From Candidatus Pacearchaeota archaeon (GTDB taxonomy: Archaea; Nanobdellota; Nanobdellia; Pacearchaeales; GW2011-AR1): a DNA stretch of 64,000 bases. The position numbers and the translations under genes are program-made. Location: the NCBI GenBank assembly GCA_038885615.1, contig JAVZZP010000001.1, positions 119,191-183,190 of the forward strand, read 5' to 3'. Numbering within the stretch: the stretch's first letter is position 1; every line of letters starts with the position of its first letter. This document shows positions 29,732-39,223 of this stretch, piece after piece. The notes under the pieces are model-generated. The model was not told where the DNA came from, made no database searches, and worked only from the letters and a program-made list of their open reading frames with translations.

Positions 29732-31320
29732 ACTCCTTCAACTATTGGTATTGCTTGAGCTAGACCATTTTTGTAAATTGCAACATTTCCGTGCATTGCT
29801 TTTGATGGTTGTCCTCTTTGATATTCTAGAGGTATTCTTGAATTTGTGCCGGCTGAAATTGCGTGTCCATCCACCTCTAGAGTATGGGTATGACCTGTAA
29901 CAACTTTTCCATAAGTTACTTTAAATTGTTTTAAACTTCCTTTTGAACCTTCAATACCTAAATGTCCGTGTGCAGAACAAACAAAATCGTGAGGTCGCTG
30001 ATCGGAATCTAAAAGAAGAAATTCTATATTCTTCGGAATTTTTCCTACTTGTTCTAAAGCAATTTGTACAATGCTTTTTTCACTGGAATAATTTTTTATA
30101 ATTCCTCCACCAATTCTCATGTTTCTAGGATCCCTAAGAATTCTTCCAGAGCTTATCCACTTCCTAACAAATTCGTCGTGATTTGAAGGCACGATATAAA
30201 ACTTCGTTTTTGGACACGAATCAGAAATTTCATTCAAGAATTCCAAAGCGAGCTCTAATTCATATTCCAAGCTATCAAGGCCTTTTTCTGCTATAAGCAT
30301 TTTCCATAAAGAATCTTCAGCAGAATGGTGGTTTATGCAATAAAAATCAAAAACATCGTGCAAAAAAACAGATTTCGGTTTTAAACTTTTAATCATCTCT
30401 ATTGATGCCTTTATTGAAAGAAAATCTTGAAATGGAACATGAATATCTCCTAAAACTAAAGCTTCGGCACCGATTTCTCTCGGTTCTCCTCTCGGAGAAT
30501 AAAGAACTCCTAAATCAATAAAACTTCCATCTTCTAATGCAGGAACTAATCTTGGAAGATATTTTTTTTCTCCTAAGATGTCAACTACTACAAAACCGTA
30601 TTGATGATGGCGGGCTGCTCTTTTTCCTCTTGCATTTGTTTCGTTATAATTTGGATAAGTACAACAACCGGTAGTTAAAAAAAGTCTTGGTAGTTTTCCA
30701 GCTAAATCTTTTGGGACAGAAACCAATCTTTGTTTTGAGTGAGGCATAATAATTGAAGTTCCTATATAATCTTGAACAATGTCTCTATTTCCTTTAGCAG
30801 GATCTTCATTTTGTGGCGGAGTTTGTGGTTCTATTAAAGCTATTTTTTTGTTAAGGTATAAGACATCTAAAGTGTTGTATTGAAAATCAGAAATTTCTCT
30901 CCAAAAATAATGCATCGGTATTTCTTTATCGCTTAGTGGATGCTCTTCCAGAAATTTCTCCATCTCTTCTCTTCTTTTTCTTTCAAATAATCTTTCTTGA
31001 TTTAATCTTCTTAAGGCAGAACTTTCCATAAAAACATCTTTTCTTCCCATAAAAAACTCGTCAAGCTCTATTTCCCCCGCATAACTTCCCCTTATTGCCT
31101 GAATAATCAAATCTGCGCTATTACTCTGACAATATCTTTCTAAAGAAGAAATAAGATCTTCATTTGGTCTTCCAGCCATTTCGTTTCGACCATATAAACG
31201 AGCAGAATTTGGGTTTTGATAGGCTTGGGCAGCAGTTATAACAAAACTTCTATTTTCTCCCCGCATAAAATAAAAAGAACAAAAAAAATATATTCTTATG
31301 CTATAAAAAGTATATAGCAA
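29719..31320 (-). CDS. calcineurin-like metallophosphoesterase with large N-terminal domain of unknown function
   Basis: C-terminal half contains MPE motifs VLGDIHVPF, HDVFD, IVPSNHDEF, VTGHTHTL. Overlaps the ATP-grasp gene by 13 nt. Confidence 0.55.
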   Translation of the reverse strand: MLYTFYSIRIYFFCSFYFMRGENRSFVITAAQAYQNPNSARLYGRNEMAGRPNEDLISSLERYCQSNSADLIIQAIRGSYAGEIELDEFFMGRKDVFMESSALRRLNQERLFERKRREEMEKFLEEHPLSDKEIPMHYFWREISDFQYNTLDVLYLNKKIALIEPQTPPQNEDPAKGNRDIVQDYIGTSIIMPHSKQRLVSVPKDLAGKLPRLFLTTGCCTYPNYNETNARGKRAARHHQYGFVVVDILGEKKYLPRLVPALEDGSFIDLGVLYSPRGEPREIGAEALVLGDIHVPFQDFLSIKASIEMIKSLKPKSVFLHDVFDFYCINHHSAEDSLWKMLIAEKGLDSLEYELELALEFLNEISDSCPKTKFYIVPSNHDEFVRKWISSGRILRDPRNMRIGGGIIKNYSSEKSIVQIALEQVGKIPKNIEFLLLDSDQRPHDFVCSAHGHLGIEGSKGSLKQFKVTYGKVVTGHTHTLEVDGHAISAGTNSRIPLEYQRGQPSKAMHGNVAIYKNGLAQAIPIVEGVWRK

Positions 31321-31342
31321 ACGAAAAATATATATAGCAGAG

Positions 31343-32221
31343 ATGATAAAAGTATATATGAATAAAACTTATAGAAAAATCCAACTCGTTGGAAATAGGT
31401 CTTTTTCAGTTTCTTTACCAAAAGATTGGATTTTGAAGAATAATCTCAAAAAAAATGATGTTATTGAGATAGTTGAAAAAGGAAATGAACTTCTTATAGC
31501 TAAAAAAAATTCCAATAACGGTGAAGAAACAAAAAAAATATTCATTGAAGATTTAAGTATCTTGACAGCTGTTTTGATTTTGTGTTACACCCGCGGAATT
31601 TTTAAGTTTATACTTAAATTCAAGAGTAAAGAAGATTACCTATCGGCTAAACCAATAGTTTTAGAAAACCTTTCTTTTCTAGAAGGTTATAAAATACTGG
31701 AAGAAGGAAATGATTCTATTACTATAATTGATTCTTATAAAGAAACAAATATTTTGATAAGAGAACTAGCGAAAAGAAATTGCGTCTTACTCAATAATAT
31801 GATTGAGAGCATTTTACTTTCAAAAACTAAAACAAAAGAAATTTTAGAAGCTGAAATAGACAGAATTTATCACTTATCTAAAAGAATTTTATATCTTTGT
31901 TCAACAGATAGTTCTTTTATGAAAAAAAATCAAATAAAAGACATCGAAGAGATTTTTCTTTGGAGATTAATCTTCAAGAAATTTGAAAATATAGCAGATG
32001 TTCTAGAAAACATTAATAAACAAACACTGGAAAAGGAAATTAATGATTTACTTGAAAACCTAAACGAAGTTTTTGTTTTAAACAAAAAATCAAATCTTTC
32101 AAAAATATCCTTGCTTAAGAAAAGGTCATATAAAAATGAGAAAATAGACAAGATAAAAGAACTTGTTATAGATGTATTGAACAATTACCTTCTTATTGAG
32201 TTAAACAAAAATCTTTTTTAG
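31343..32221 (+). CDS. AbrB/SpoVT-domain protein with PhoU-like helical C-terminus (putative regulator)
   Basis: N-terminus KIQLVGNRSFSVSLPKDWILKNNLKKNDVIEIVEKGNELLI is a swapped-hairpin AbrB/MazE-type fold. Remainder is helical, resembling archaeal PhoU-like regulators. Confidence 0.4.
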   Translation: MIKVYMNKTYRKIQLVGNRSFSVSLPKDWILKNNLKKNDVIEIVEKGNELLIAKKNSNNGEETKKIFIEDLSILTAVLILCYTRGIFKFILKFKSKEDYLSAKPIVLENLSFLEGYKILEEGNDSITIIDSYKETNILIRELAKRNCVLLNNMIESILLSKTKTKEILEAEIDRIYHLSKRILYLCSTDSSFMKKNQIKDIEEIFLWRLIFKKFENIADVLENINKQTLEKEINDLLENLNEVFVLNKKSNLSKISLLKKRSYKNEKIDKIKELVIDVLNNYLLIELNKNLF

Positions 32222-33558
32222 CTTAATCTTTTTACAAATTCAAAAATCCAATTTTCACAGAAGTGGGGGGCTAAAATTTGCATTCCTACAGCTTTTCCCT
32301 CGACAAAACCGCATGGTATTGAAATTGCTGGAATTCCTGCGATGTTGGCTAATGTAGTAAAAACATCATAAGAATACATTTCCTCAACTGAGATTTTTTC
32401 TCCTATTTTATGCGCCGTTCTTGGAACTGTTGGTAAAACAATAATGCCAACCTCTTTAAAAATTTCTTCGAACTGCTTTCTTATGTACTCTTTAGCTTTC
32501 AAGGCATTCCTATAATATTTTCCTTCGTATTCTGCTCGAGTTATTTCCTTTCCACCAGTGATCCTTCTTAAGACCTCTTCCCCACAATATTCTTCAATTC
32601 TTTTGCCAAATCTGCGTCCATCAAATTTTCTTGTTGCTGAAAAAAATTCAACATAAACTAAAAGATAATAAGTTTCTAAAGAAATATCAAGTGGAAGAGT
32701 TACTTCTTTTATCTCCCAGCCTAAATTTTTTTTCAAAGAATTTTTGATTTTTTCTTCAATCAAATTTTTTATTTCTTTTGTTGCGAATTTTTCGACATTT
32801 ACCAAACCGATTCTGATGTTTTTTGTATCCAATTTTTTCTCTTTTTCCTCTCTCGTTGTTGCGTCCCTTTCATCTTTTCCCTTAATTATGTTAAAAATTA
32901 GCTCTGTATCTTCTAAGCTTTTAGCTAATGGCCCTATTTGGTCAAAACTCATGCACATATCGATTAAACCATAACGAGAAACACTTCCGTATGTGGGCTT
33001 TAAACCATAAATTCCGCAATGAGAAGCAGGGTTTCTTATGCTTCCACCGGTATCACTTCCCAATGCAAAATCGCAAAAATCAGAAGCAACAGCAACAGCA
33101 CTTCCAGAAGAACTTCCACCGGGAATTAACTCTTGATTTATGGGATTCTTCGTCGGACCAAAAGCAGAAGTCTCTCCTGAACCGCCGCAGGCAAACTCGT
33201 CCATATTGACCATTCCAATAACAATAGCATCTTCTTTTTTGAGTTTTTCAATGACCGTTGCATCATATGGAGCAAGCCAATCTTTCAATACTAAAGAGGC
33301 ACAGTTTGTTTCAAGCCCTTTAACACAAATATTTGATTTTACTGCAAAACAAATTCCAGCAAGTTTGCCAACATCTTCTCCACCAGATATTTTTTTATCT
33401 ATTTCTTCTGCCTCTTTTAAACAATTTTCATTAAAAGAAAGAAAAACATTCAGGTCTTTGTTTTTTTCTTCAATTTTTTTTAAAAAATAAACTAAATTAT
33501 CTTTTGCTTTTAGCTTTCCTCTTTTAATTAAATCTGCTTTTTCTCTAATAGTTGGCAT
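32218..33558 (-). CDS. gatA: aminoacyl-tRNA amidotransferase subunit A (amidase signature family)
   Basis: Amidase signature GGSSSGSAVAVAS...GSDTGGSIRNPAS; 446 aa. Confidence 0.85.
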   Translation of the reverse strand: MPTIREKADLIKRGKLKAKDNLVYFLKKIEEKNKDLNVFLSFNENCLKEAEEIDKKISGGEDVGKLAGICFAVKSNICVKGLETNCASLVLKDWLAPYDATVIEKLKKEDAIVIGMVNMDEFACGGSGETSAFGPTKNPINQELIPGGSSSGSAVAVASDFCDFALGSDTGGSIRNPASHCGIYGLKPTYGSVSRYGLIDMCMSFDQIGPLAKSLEDTELIFNIIKGKDERDATTREEKEKKLDTKNIRIGLVNVEKFATKEIKNLIEEKIKNSLKKNLGWEIKEVTLPLDISLETYYLLVYVEFFSATRKFDGRRFGKRIEEYCGEEVLRRITGGKEITRAEYEGKYYRNALKAKEYIRKQFEEIFKEVGIIVLPTVPRTAHKIGEKISVEEMYSYDVFTTLANIAGIPAISIPCGFVEGKAVGMQILAPHFCENWIFEFVKRLS

Positions 33559-33868
33559 TGTAAAATATCTCCCTTATTTCTTCGTAAAGAGAATTTCTAA
33601 ACCTTGTTCCATCAGGAATCTCCTCTCTAAAAGACCTGAGGATAGCCTTACAAGATTTTTCAGCAACCTCCGCATCATTTGTTCCTGTGTAAGCATATTT
33701 ACGTAAATAAAGAGCCTTTAATCTCGGGCTTCCAAATTGGTCCGATAATTGAAAAAATTTATCCTCAAAGTACCTCCATTCACTAGACAAAGGAACTGTA
33801 TGTTGCATTTTGCATAGAATATCTTCTATTTTTCTGGCTAATCTTCTATCATTCTTGCTCATTTCCAA
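33545..33868 (-). CDS. hypothetical protein
   Basis: 107-aa ORF overlapping the gatA start; no motif. Confidence 0.35.
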   Translation of the reverse strand: MEMSKNDRRLARKIEDILCKMQHTVPLSSEWRYFEDKFFQLSDQFGSPRLKALYLRKYAYTGTNDAEVAEKSCKAILRSFREEIPDGTRFRNSLYEEIREIFYNANY

Positions 33869-34107
33869 CTACCTCTTTCAGCTATTAATGAATTTTCATT
33901 TTTTTCATGAGCATTCTTAAAGAAAATTCTCCTAAAATCTTCGGAATAAAAATTTTTTGTTTTTTCTACTCTTCCTCTTGCCTTTTCAGAAAGTTGTATT
34001 TCACCGTTGAATTTTAATTTCTCAAGCTTGCGATTAAATTCTACTAAAAGTTGTTTAGATTGCTCCTCTATTTCTTTTTTTTGTTGTTCTGTTAACCGAC
34101 TATTCAT
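33859..34107 (-). CDS. hypothetical small coiled-coil protein (GatC-like position upstream of gatA)
   Basis: 82 aa, helical, charged. Sits where gatC would lie in a gatCAB arrangement, but similarity to GatC cannot be confirmed. Confidence 0.3.
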   Translation of the reverse strand: MNSRLTEQQKKEIEEQSKQLLVEFNRKLEKLKFNGEIQLSEKARGRVEKTKNFYSEDFRRIFFKNAHEKNENSLIAERGSWK

Positions 34108-34349
34108 ATTTATTATTTATTTTTTTGTTTTAAAAGCTTTTGTTTAATTTACAAACAACCTCTATTGTCACTTTAAAATTACAACAAATAGAAAAGTTTA
34201 AAAACCCTGAAAACCATACATAATTATCACCTCTTTTTCCCCAGAAGGGGCTGAGATAGGGCATGCTCTTTCTGAACTTGCTCTGTCAAGCCCTTTCCAG
34301 GGTTTTAATGAAAAATTGATAATTATTTTTAAAAATTAATTTCTAGAAG

Positions 34350-34420
34350 CAGGCACCAGGATTTGCACCTGGGATCAGCGGGTTGCAGCCGCTTGCCTTA
34401 CTACTTGGCTATGCCTGCGT
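34350..34420 (-). tRNA. tRNA-Cys(GCA)
   Basis: Minus strand GCAGGCA-TA-GCC..AGTAGTAA..GGC-A-AGCGG-CTGCAAC-CCGCT-GATC-CCAGG-TGCAAAT-CCTGG-TGCCTGC-T. Perfect 7-bp acceptor stem; anticodon GCA. Confidence 0.85.
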
Positions 34421-34465
34421 AAAATTATAAAGAAAAATGAGTTTTTAAGGTTTATTTAACAAAGA

Positions 34466-34539
34466 TGGCTCCGACGGGATTTGAACCCGCGACACCTGGC
34501 TTAAAAGGCCAGTACTCTACCAGGCTGAGCTACGGAGCC
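34466..34539 (-). tRNA. tRNA-Lys(UUU)
   Basis: Minus strand GGCTCCG-TA-GCTC-AGCCTGGTA-GAGT-A-CTGGC-CTTTTAA-GCCAG-GTGTC-GCGGG-TTCAAAT-CCCGT-CGGAGCC-A; anticodon UUU. Confidence 0.85.
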
Positions 34540-34581
34540 ATAAAAATTAGAATAAAAAACGATTTAAAAATCTAACCTTTG

Positions 34582-34866
34582 CTATTCTATTAAATTTTTT
34601 ATTGCTTCTATATATTCTGCTATTTCTTGGCCTTTTTTAGTAAGCTTTATTATTTTTATTCTCCCTTTTTTTTCAAAAACAATAAGGCCTTTTTTTTCTA
34701 AAACTTGAAGAATCTTTACAGCATGAGAATAGGTACAATCAACTTCTTTGGCTAGAACAGAGCCATATCGGGCCCTTGAAACTCTTTTTAATGCTACTAG
34801 CATCATTGCTGGCTTTTTTCTAAAGAATAGTTCAAATCCATCGTCCTCGATTTTGTTTTTTTCCAT
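34582..34866 (-). CDS. winged-helix transcriptional regulator
   Basis: 94 aa; central wHTH (SVLAKEVDCTYSHAVKILQVLEKKGLIVFEKKGR). Confidence 0.55.
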   Translation of the reverse strand: MEKNKIEDDGFELFFRKKPAMMLVALKRVSRARYGSVLAKEVDCTYSHAVKILQVLEKKGLIVFEKKGRIKIIKLTKKGQEIAEYIEAIKNLIE

Positions 34867-35080
34867 TTTTAAAATATATTTTTTAAGATATATTTTCTAG
34901 TTGTTATTTACTTTTAAACTTTTCTTAAATAATTCGTCTCTTATTAGTAGAGAAAAAAGACGCACAAAACCAAAATGTATTATTTTAGCAAGTATTTTTT
35001 TATTTTTTCTCTAGCTATTACAGGGTTATCAATAGATAAAATAGCATGAGAAACTCTTAAACCAATCCCTGCATAACCCA

Positions 35081-35557
35081 TTAAACCTTCTTTTCCATAA
35101 GGAAGAACAATCGCTCCAGCACAGAGATAATAAATTGGATCTTCCATTTTAATGGTCTGTCCCTAATGCATCTCGTCCTTATATCTTGTAAGGACCTAGC
35201 AAGGCTTTTACTTTCTTGCCTACTAAGATTTATTGGCAGATCTCCTTCTTTTATTTTCTTTAAAAAATCAGCTACAGCATAGTATTCCTCTTCATAATTT
35301 TCCCTCACCTGTCTTATTGATTCTGCAATTCCTATTCTGTTTTGATGCTCTTTTCTGCACAACCAAGCAAAGCTTCTACCAAAAAGCAAATTTTCACCCT
35401 TAGATAAAATGCTATCTACGGATTCTTGTATTGTTTCGTAATATTGCTGCAATTCTTCTAAAAAAATTGATTCAGACATATTACCCCTTAAAAAATAGGC
35501 ATTTGTCCTTTTAAAAAATTTATATACTCTATAATTGCATTTAAGAGAATATAACAA
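35081..35557 (-). CDS. hypothetical protein
   Basis: 158-aa helical ORF; no motif. Confidence 0.4.
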   Translation of the reverse strand: MLYSLKCNYRVYKFFKRTNAYFLRGNMSESIFLEELQQYYETIQESVDSILSKGENLLFGRSFAWLCRKEHQNRIGIAESIRQVRENYEEEYYAVADFLKKIKEGDLPINLSRQESKSLARSLQDIRTRCIRDRPLKWKIQFIISVLERLFFLMEKKV

Positions 35558-35589
35558 AAATTTAAATAATCTGAAAATCTGTATATTTT

Positions 35590-36876
35590 ATGATAGATAT
35601 AAAGCTAATAAGGGAAAATCCTGAATTAGTGAAGGAAAACATAAGAAAAAAGTTTAAAGATGAAAAAATTCCATTAGTTGATGAAGTTTTAAAATTAGAT
35701 TCTGAGTGGAGGAAATATCGCTTAGAGGCTGACAAACTACGTTCTGAAAGAAATAAGATATCTGAAGAAGTAAACAAAGCAAAAAAAGAAAAAAACGAAA
35801 AAAAAGCTCAAGAATTAATAGAAAAAGCAAAAGAGATACCAAAAAAACTTGAGGAAATAGAAAAAAAAGAAAAAGAATTAGGAGAAAAAATAAGAGAGAT
35901 AATGTATAAAATCCCAAATATAATCCATGAATCAGTGCCGATAGGAAAAGATGATTCTGAGAATGTTGAAATAGAAAAATTTGGCGAGCCGAAAACCCCA
36001 AATTTTAAAGTGTTTCATCATGCAGAGTTGGCTGAAAAAATGTTTTGCGCAGACTTTGATTCTGCCAGGGAGACCTCTGGAAATGGTTTTTATTTCCTAA
36101 CAAATCATTTTGCGATTGTCCATTCTGCTATGCTTGCCTTCGCTCGCGACTATATGATAAAAAAAGGATTTCATTATGTCATTCCTCCATTTATGATTAG
36201 AAAGAAAGTTGTTGAAGGTGTGATGAGTTTTGAAGAAATGAACAACATGATGTATAAAATAGAGGGTGAAGATTTGTATTTAATAGGAACCTCTGAACAC
36301 TCAATGATTGGTAGATTTATAGATAAAACAATCAACATAAAAGATTTACCTATTTGTTTAACAAGTTATTCTCCTTGTTTTAGAAAAGAAATAGGTTCTC
36401 ATGGAATAGAAGAAAAAGGTTTTTATAGGGTCCATCAATTTGAAAAGCAAGAAATGATAGTTATTTGCAAACCAGAAGATTCTTATAAATGGTATGAAAA
36501 AATGCTCGGTTTTACCGTAGATGTTTTCAGAAAATTAGAAATACCTGTTAGAACCCTTGAAATTTGCTCTGGCGATTTAGCAGATTTGAAAGCAAAATCC
36601 GCCGATGTGGAAGCATGGTCTCCAAGACAAAAAAAATATTTTGAGGTTGGTTCTTGTTCCAATTTAACAGACGCGCAAGCAAGAAGATTAAACATAAAAA
36701 TAAATACTGGAAAAGGAAATATTTTTGCTCATACTCTAAATAACACTGTTTTAGCTTCTCCGAGGGCATTAATTGCTTTGTTAGAAAACCACCAACAAGA
36801 AGACGGCTCTGTAAAAATTCCAAAAGTTTTGTGGAAATATACTGGTTTTAAGGAAATAAAAAAGAATGAAAAATAA
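35590..36876 (+). CDS. serS: seryl-tRNA synthetase
   Basis: N-terminal coiled-coil tRNA-binding arm. Class II core (CFRKEIGSHG, motif 3 region); 428 aa. Confidence 0.9.
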   Translation: MIDIKLIRENPELVKENIRKKFKDEKIPLVDEVLKLDSEWRKYRLEADKLRSERNKISEEVNKAKKEKNEKKAQELIEKAKEIPKKLEEIEKKEKELGEKIREIMYKIPNIIHESVPIGKDDSENVEIEKFGEPKTPNFKVFHHAELAEKMFCADFDSARETSGNGFYFLTNHFAIVHSAMLAFARDYMIKKGFHYVIPPFMIRKKVVEGVMSFEEMNNMMYKIEGEDLYLIGTSEHSMIGRFIDKTINIKDLPICLTSYSPCFRKEIGSHGIEEKGFYRVHQFEKQEMIVICKPEDSYKWYEKMLGFTVDVFRKLEIPVRTLEICSGDLADLKAKSADVEAWSPRQKKYFEVGSCSNLTDAQARRLNIKINTGKGNIFAHTLNNTVLASPRALIALLENHQQEDGSVKIPKVLWKYTGFKEIKKNEK

Positions 36877-37510
36877 ACAAAACAGGGTTATAAAAGAATT
36901 TTTTCTTATAAAAAAAGAGTTTGAAAAGCAAAAAAAGCCTCGACTTGCTGCTGAGGGTTGGAATGATGATTGGAAAACTCTAATAGCCATAATCCTATCG
37001 GCACAGACAAGAGATTCTTTAACAATAAAAGTTTGCGAGGAGCTTTTTAAGAAATACAAAAATTCAAAAGAACTAGGTAAAGCTCCTCTTAAAGAAATTG
37101 AAAAATTAATTAGGCCTATAAATTATTACAAAACAAAAGCAAAAAACATAAAAGAAACTTCAAAGATTTTAGCTTCTTTGAAAAAATTTCCTGATTCTTT
37201 AGAAGAACTTATTAAACTGCCTGGAGTTGGAAGAAAAACAGCAAACGTTTTCTTAGCTGAAAGAAGAAAAGCTGCTTCTATTGGAGTTGATACCCATGTA
37301 GCCAGAATTTCTAGAAAAATGGGTTGGACAAAAAGCAAAAATCCCAAAAAAATAGAAGAAGATTTGATGAAACTTTTTCCTAAAAAATATTGGAACAAAA
37401 TAAATTATGTTCTTGTTGGTTTTGGACAAACAATAGGAAGAAGCAGAAAGAAGGAAGACGGGGTTTTGAAAAAAATCAAAGTTTATTCTTCCTCAAATTT
37501 TCCCAAATAA
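36866..37510 (+). CDS. HhH-GPD DNA glycosylase (endonuclease III family, no C-terminal Fe-S cysteine cluster)
   Basis: HhH-GPD motif LIKLPGVGRKTANVFL...D; catalytic Lys/Asp context present. Lacks the Cx6Cx2Cx5C cluster. Confidence 0.75.
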   Translation: MKNKQNRVIKEFFLIKKEFEKQKKPRLAAEGWNDDWKTLIAIILSAQTRDSLTIKVCEELFKKYKNSKELGKAPLKEIEKLIRPINYYKTKAKNIKETSKILASLKKFPDSLEELIKLPGVGRKTANVFLAERRKAASIGVDTHVARISRKMGWTKSKNPKKIEEDLMKLFPKKYWNKINYVLVGFGQTIGRSRKKEDGVLKKIKVYSSSNFPK

Positions 37511-39182
37511 ACTTAAAATATTCCTCGTTTGAAGTTTTTGCTAATTTTTCTATTATTAATTCTGGTGTTGAATTGGCAAGACGACCTAAAACAGGATTAT
37601 GATCAACAATTAAATTGAAATTCTCATCGAGACCTCTTGCTTCAATTCCATCTATACGGGCTTTTTCTGGCAAAATAGGTAAAATTTCTTTTCCTAAATG
37701 AGTTGCAAAAACGCAAAAACATTCTTTCTCTAAAAAATATTTCATAGTAGAAGAAATAATCTCTCCTGCAACTCCTGGTTCTGTTAGTGCTTCTATTTCA
37801 TCTGCCAAAATTATTGTTTTTCCCTTAGGTTTTATTGAAGACATTTGCATAAGAAGATTTTCAAAAGCACCCCTCGTTGGAGAACCTTTGTTTTTTGCAA
37901 AATAATAAACTTGTTCAAAAAAAGGAATAATTAATTCACCAGAAACTGGTAGTCCTAACTGAGAAATAAAAATTAATTGAATTAAATGCTCTAGCAAGGT
38001 TGTTTTTCCACCCGAATTTGCCCCTGTTAAAACAGAACCTCTTTTGTCTTTTAACTCAAAAGTTATAGGTTGCGGATTTTCTAGAAAGATATTCTTTGAA
38101 TTTTTTATGGACAAAAAATCAGAAAAAACTGGATAAATTTTTCCTTCTATATAATTATAAAGTCCAGAACAAAAATCAAAAAGCAAGAGATTTTTTTCTA
38201 GTTCAAAAACTTTTTTTTCTATGTCTTTTATTTTTTCTGCATTTTTCTGTAGTTTCGCCACAAAATCAGAAAATTTTTTTTGGTTTTTTCTTTTTATGTA
38301 TTTTTCTAGCCCTTCGTAATTTATTTTAAGGGGCAAACCAATTTCAAAAATCTCTTCTGAAAGATTCCTTTCTTTGATTTCTTTTTCTATTTTTGTTTTT
38401 ATTTCCTCGGGAAGACCTTTAGTTAAAAGGGAAACTAATTTTTCTCCGCTTATTGTTTGCCCTTTTAATTCTGTTAAAATTTTCTCATTGATTTCGTCGC
38501 ATTTTTCTTCTAATTCTTCAATTTTTATTTCTTCTTTTTCTTCTTCTAGCAAAGAAACCAAAGAAAAAAGTTCTTCTGCTATTTTTTTTATTTTCTCGTC
38601 TCCGCATTCTTTAATTATTATTTCTAGATTTTCTTTCCAACCGGACAGGAAAGAAAGGTGCCTTTCTAAATAAATGTCTTCAAGATTATCAATAAAAATT
38701 GTTTGGGGCAATCTTTCCAAAATTATAGAAAAATTCTCACAATCAATTACCTGAATTACGTCGTATTTTTCTAATTCATTTAAATCTCTTTCAGAGCTTA
38801 TTAAAGAAACAGGGCAATCTAAATTTTGTAATCTCAAAAAAGTTTCTTCACTTTCTGTAACAATTAAAATTTCATATTTGGGATACCAGAATGGCTTCGG
38901 CTTTTTTAGTTTTCTCAAAAATTCTGATTTTTCTTTTTTTATTGATTTAAAAAATTCTTGTTTTTCTTTTATTTTTTCAAAAGAATTCTCCCTTATAAAA
39001 AAGTTAAACAGATATTTTGTGTTTTCAAAAGAAAAATTTTCACATAAAAAATTAAGTATTTTTTGTACTATCGCTTTTGCATCTTTTGTTTTAAAAATTT
39101 TGCTTTGCTCTATATTTTTATCAGTTTCTTCAAAAAGCCTTAGTTTTTCTTTTTCAATAAAAGATAAAATTTCTTTTTCCAT
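37476..39182 (-). CDS. MutS2-like ABC-type ATPase (MutS domain V only)
   Basis: Walker A LTGANSGGKTTLLEHL; Walker B IILADEIEALTEP. No mismatch-recognition domain. Confidence 0.65.
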   Translation of the reverse strand: MEKEILSFIEKEKLRLFEETDKNIEQSKIFKTKDAKAIVQKILNFLCENFSFENTKYLFNFFIRENSFEKIKEKQEFFKSIKKEKSEFLRKLKKPKPFWYPKYEILIVTESEETFLRLQNLDCPVSLISSERDLNELEKYDVIQVIDCENFSIILERLPQTIFIDNLEDIYLERHLSFLSGWKENLEIIIKECGDEKIKKIAEELFSLVSLLEEEKEEIKIEELEEKCDEINEKILTELKGQTISGEKLVSLLTKGLPEEIKTKIEKEIKERNLSEEIFEIGLPLKINYEGLEKYIKRKNQKKFSDFVAKLQKNAEKIKDIEKKVFELEKNLLLFDFCSGLYNYIEGKIYPVFSDFLSIKNSKNIFLENPQPITFELKDKRGSVLTGANSGGKTTLLEHLIQLIFISQLGLPVSGELIIPFFEQVYYFAKNKGSPTRGAFENLLMQMSSIKPKGKTIILADEIEALTEPGVAGEIISSTMKYFLEKECFCVFATHLGKEILPILPEKARIDGIEARGLDENFNLIVDHNPVLGRLANSTPELIIEKLAKTSNEEYFKFIWENLRKNKL

Positions 39183-39223
39183 TATCTAGCCAGAAAATTG
39201 TTATTTATAAAAATAACCTAAAA

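Noticed and set aside
33859-34107. Calling the 82-aa ORF upstream of gatA as gatC
   Set aside because: Position is suggestive, but the sequence is a generic charged helix. I cannot see GatC-specific conservation, so left as hypothetical.
35654-36001. Minus-strand 115-aa ORF (LFLLILFLFF...) overlapping serS
   Set aside because: Poly-Leu/Phe translation of the antisense of the SerRS coiled-coil region (Lys/Glu-rich), so a frame artefact.
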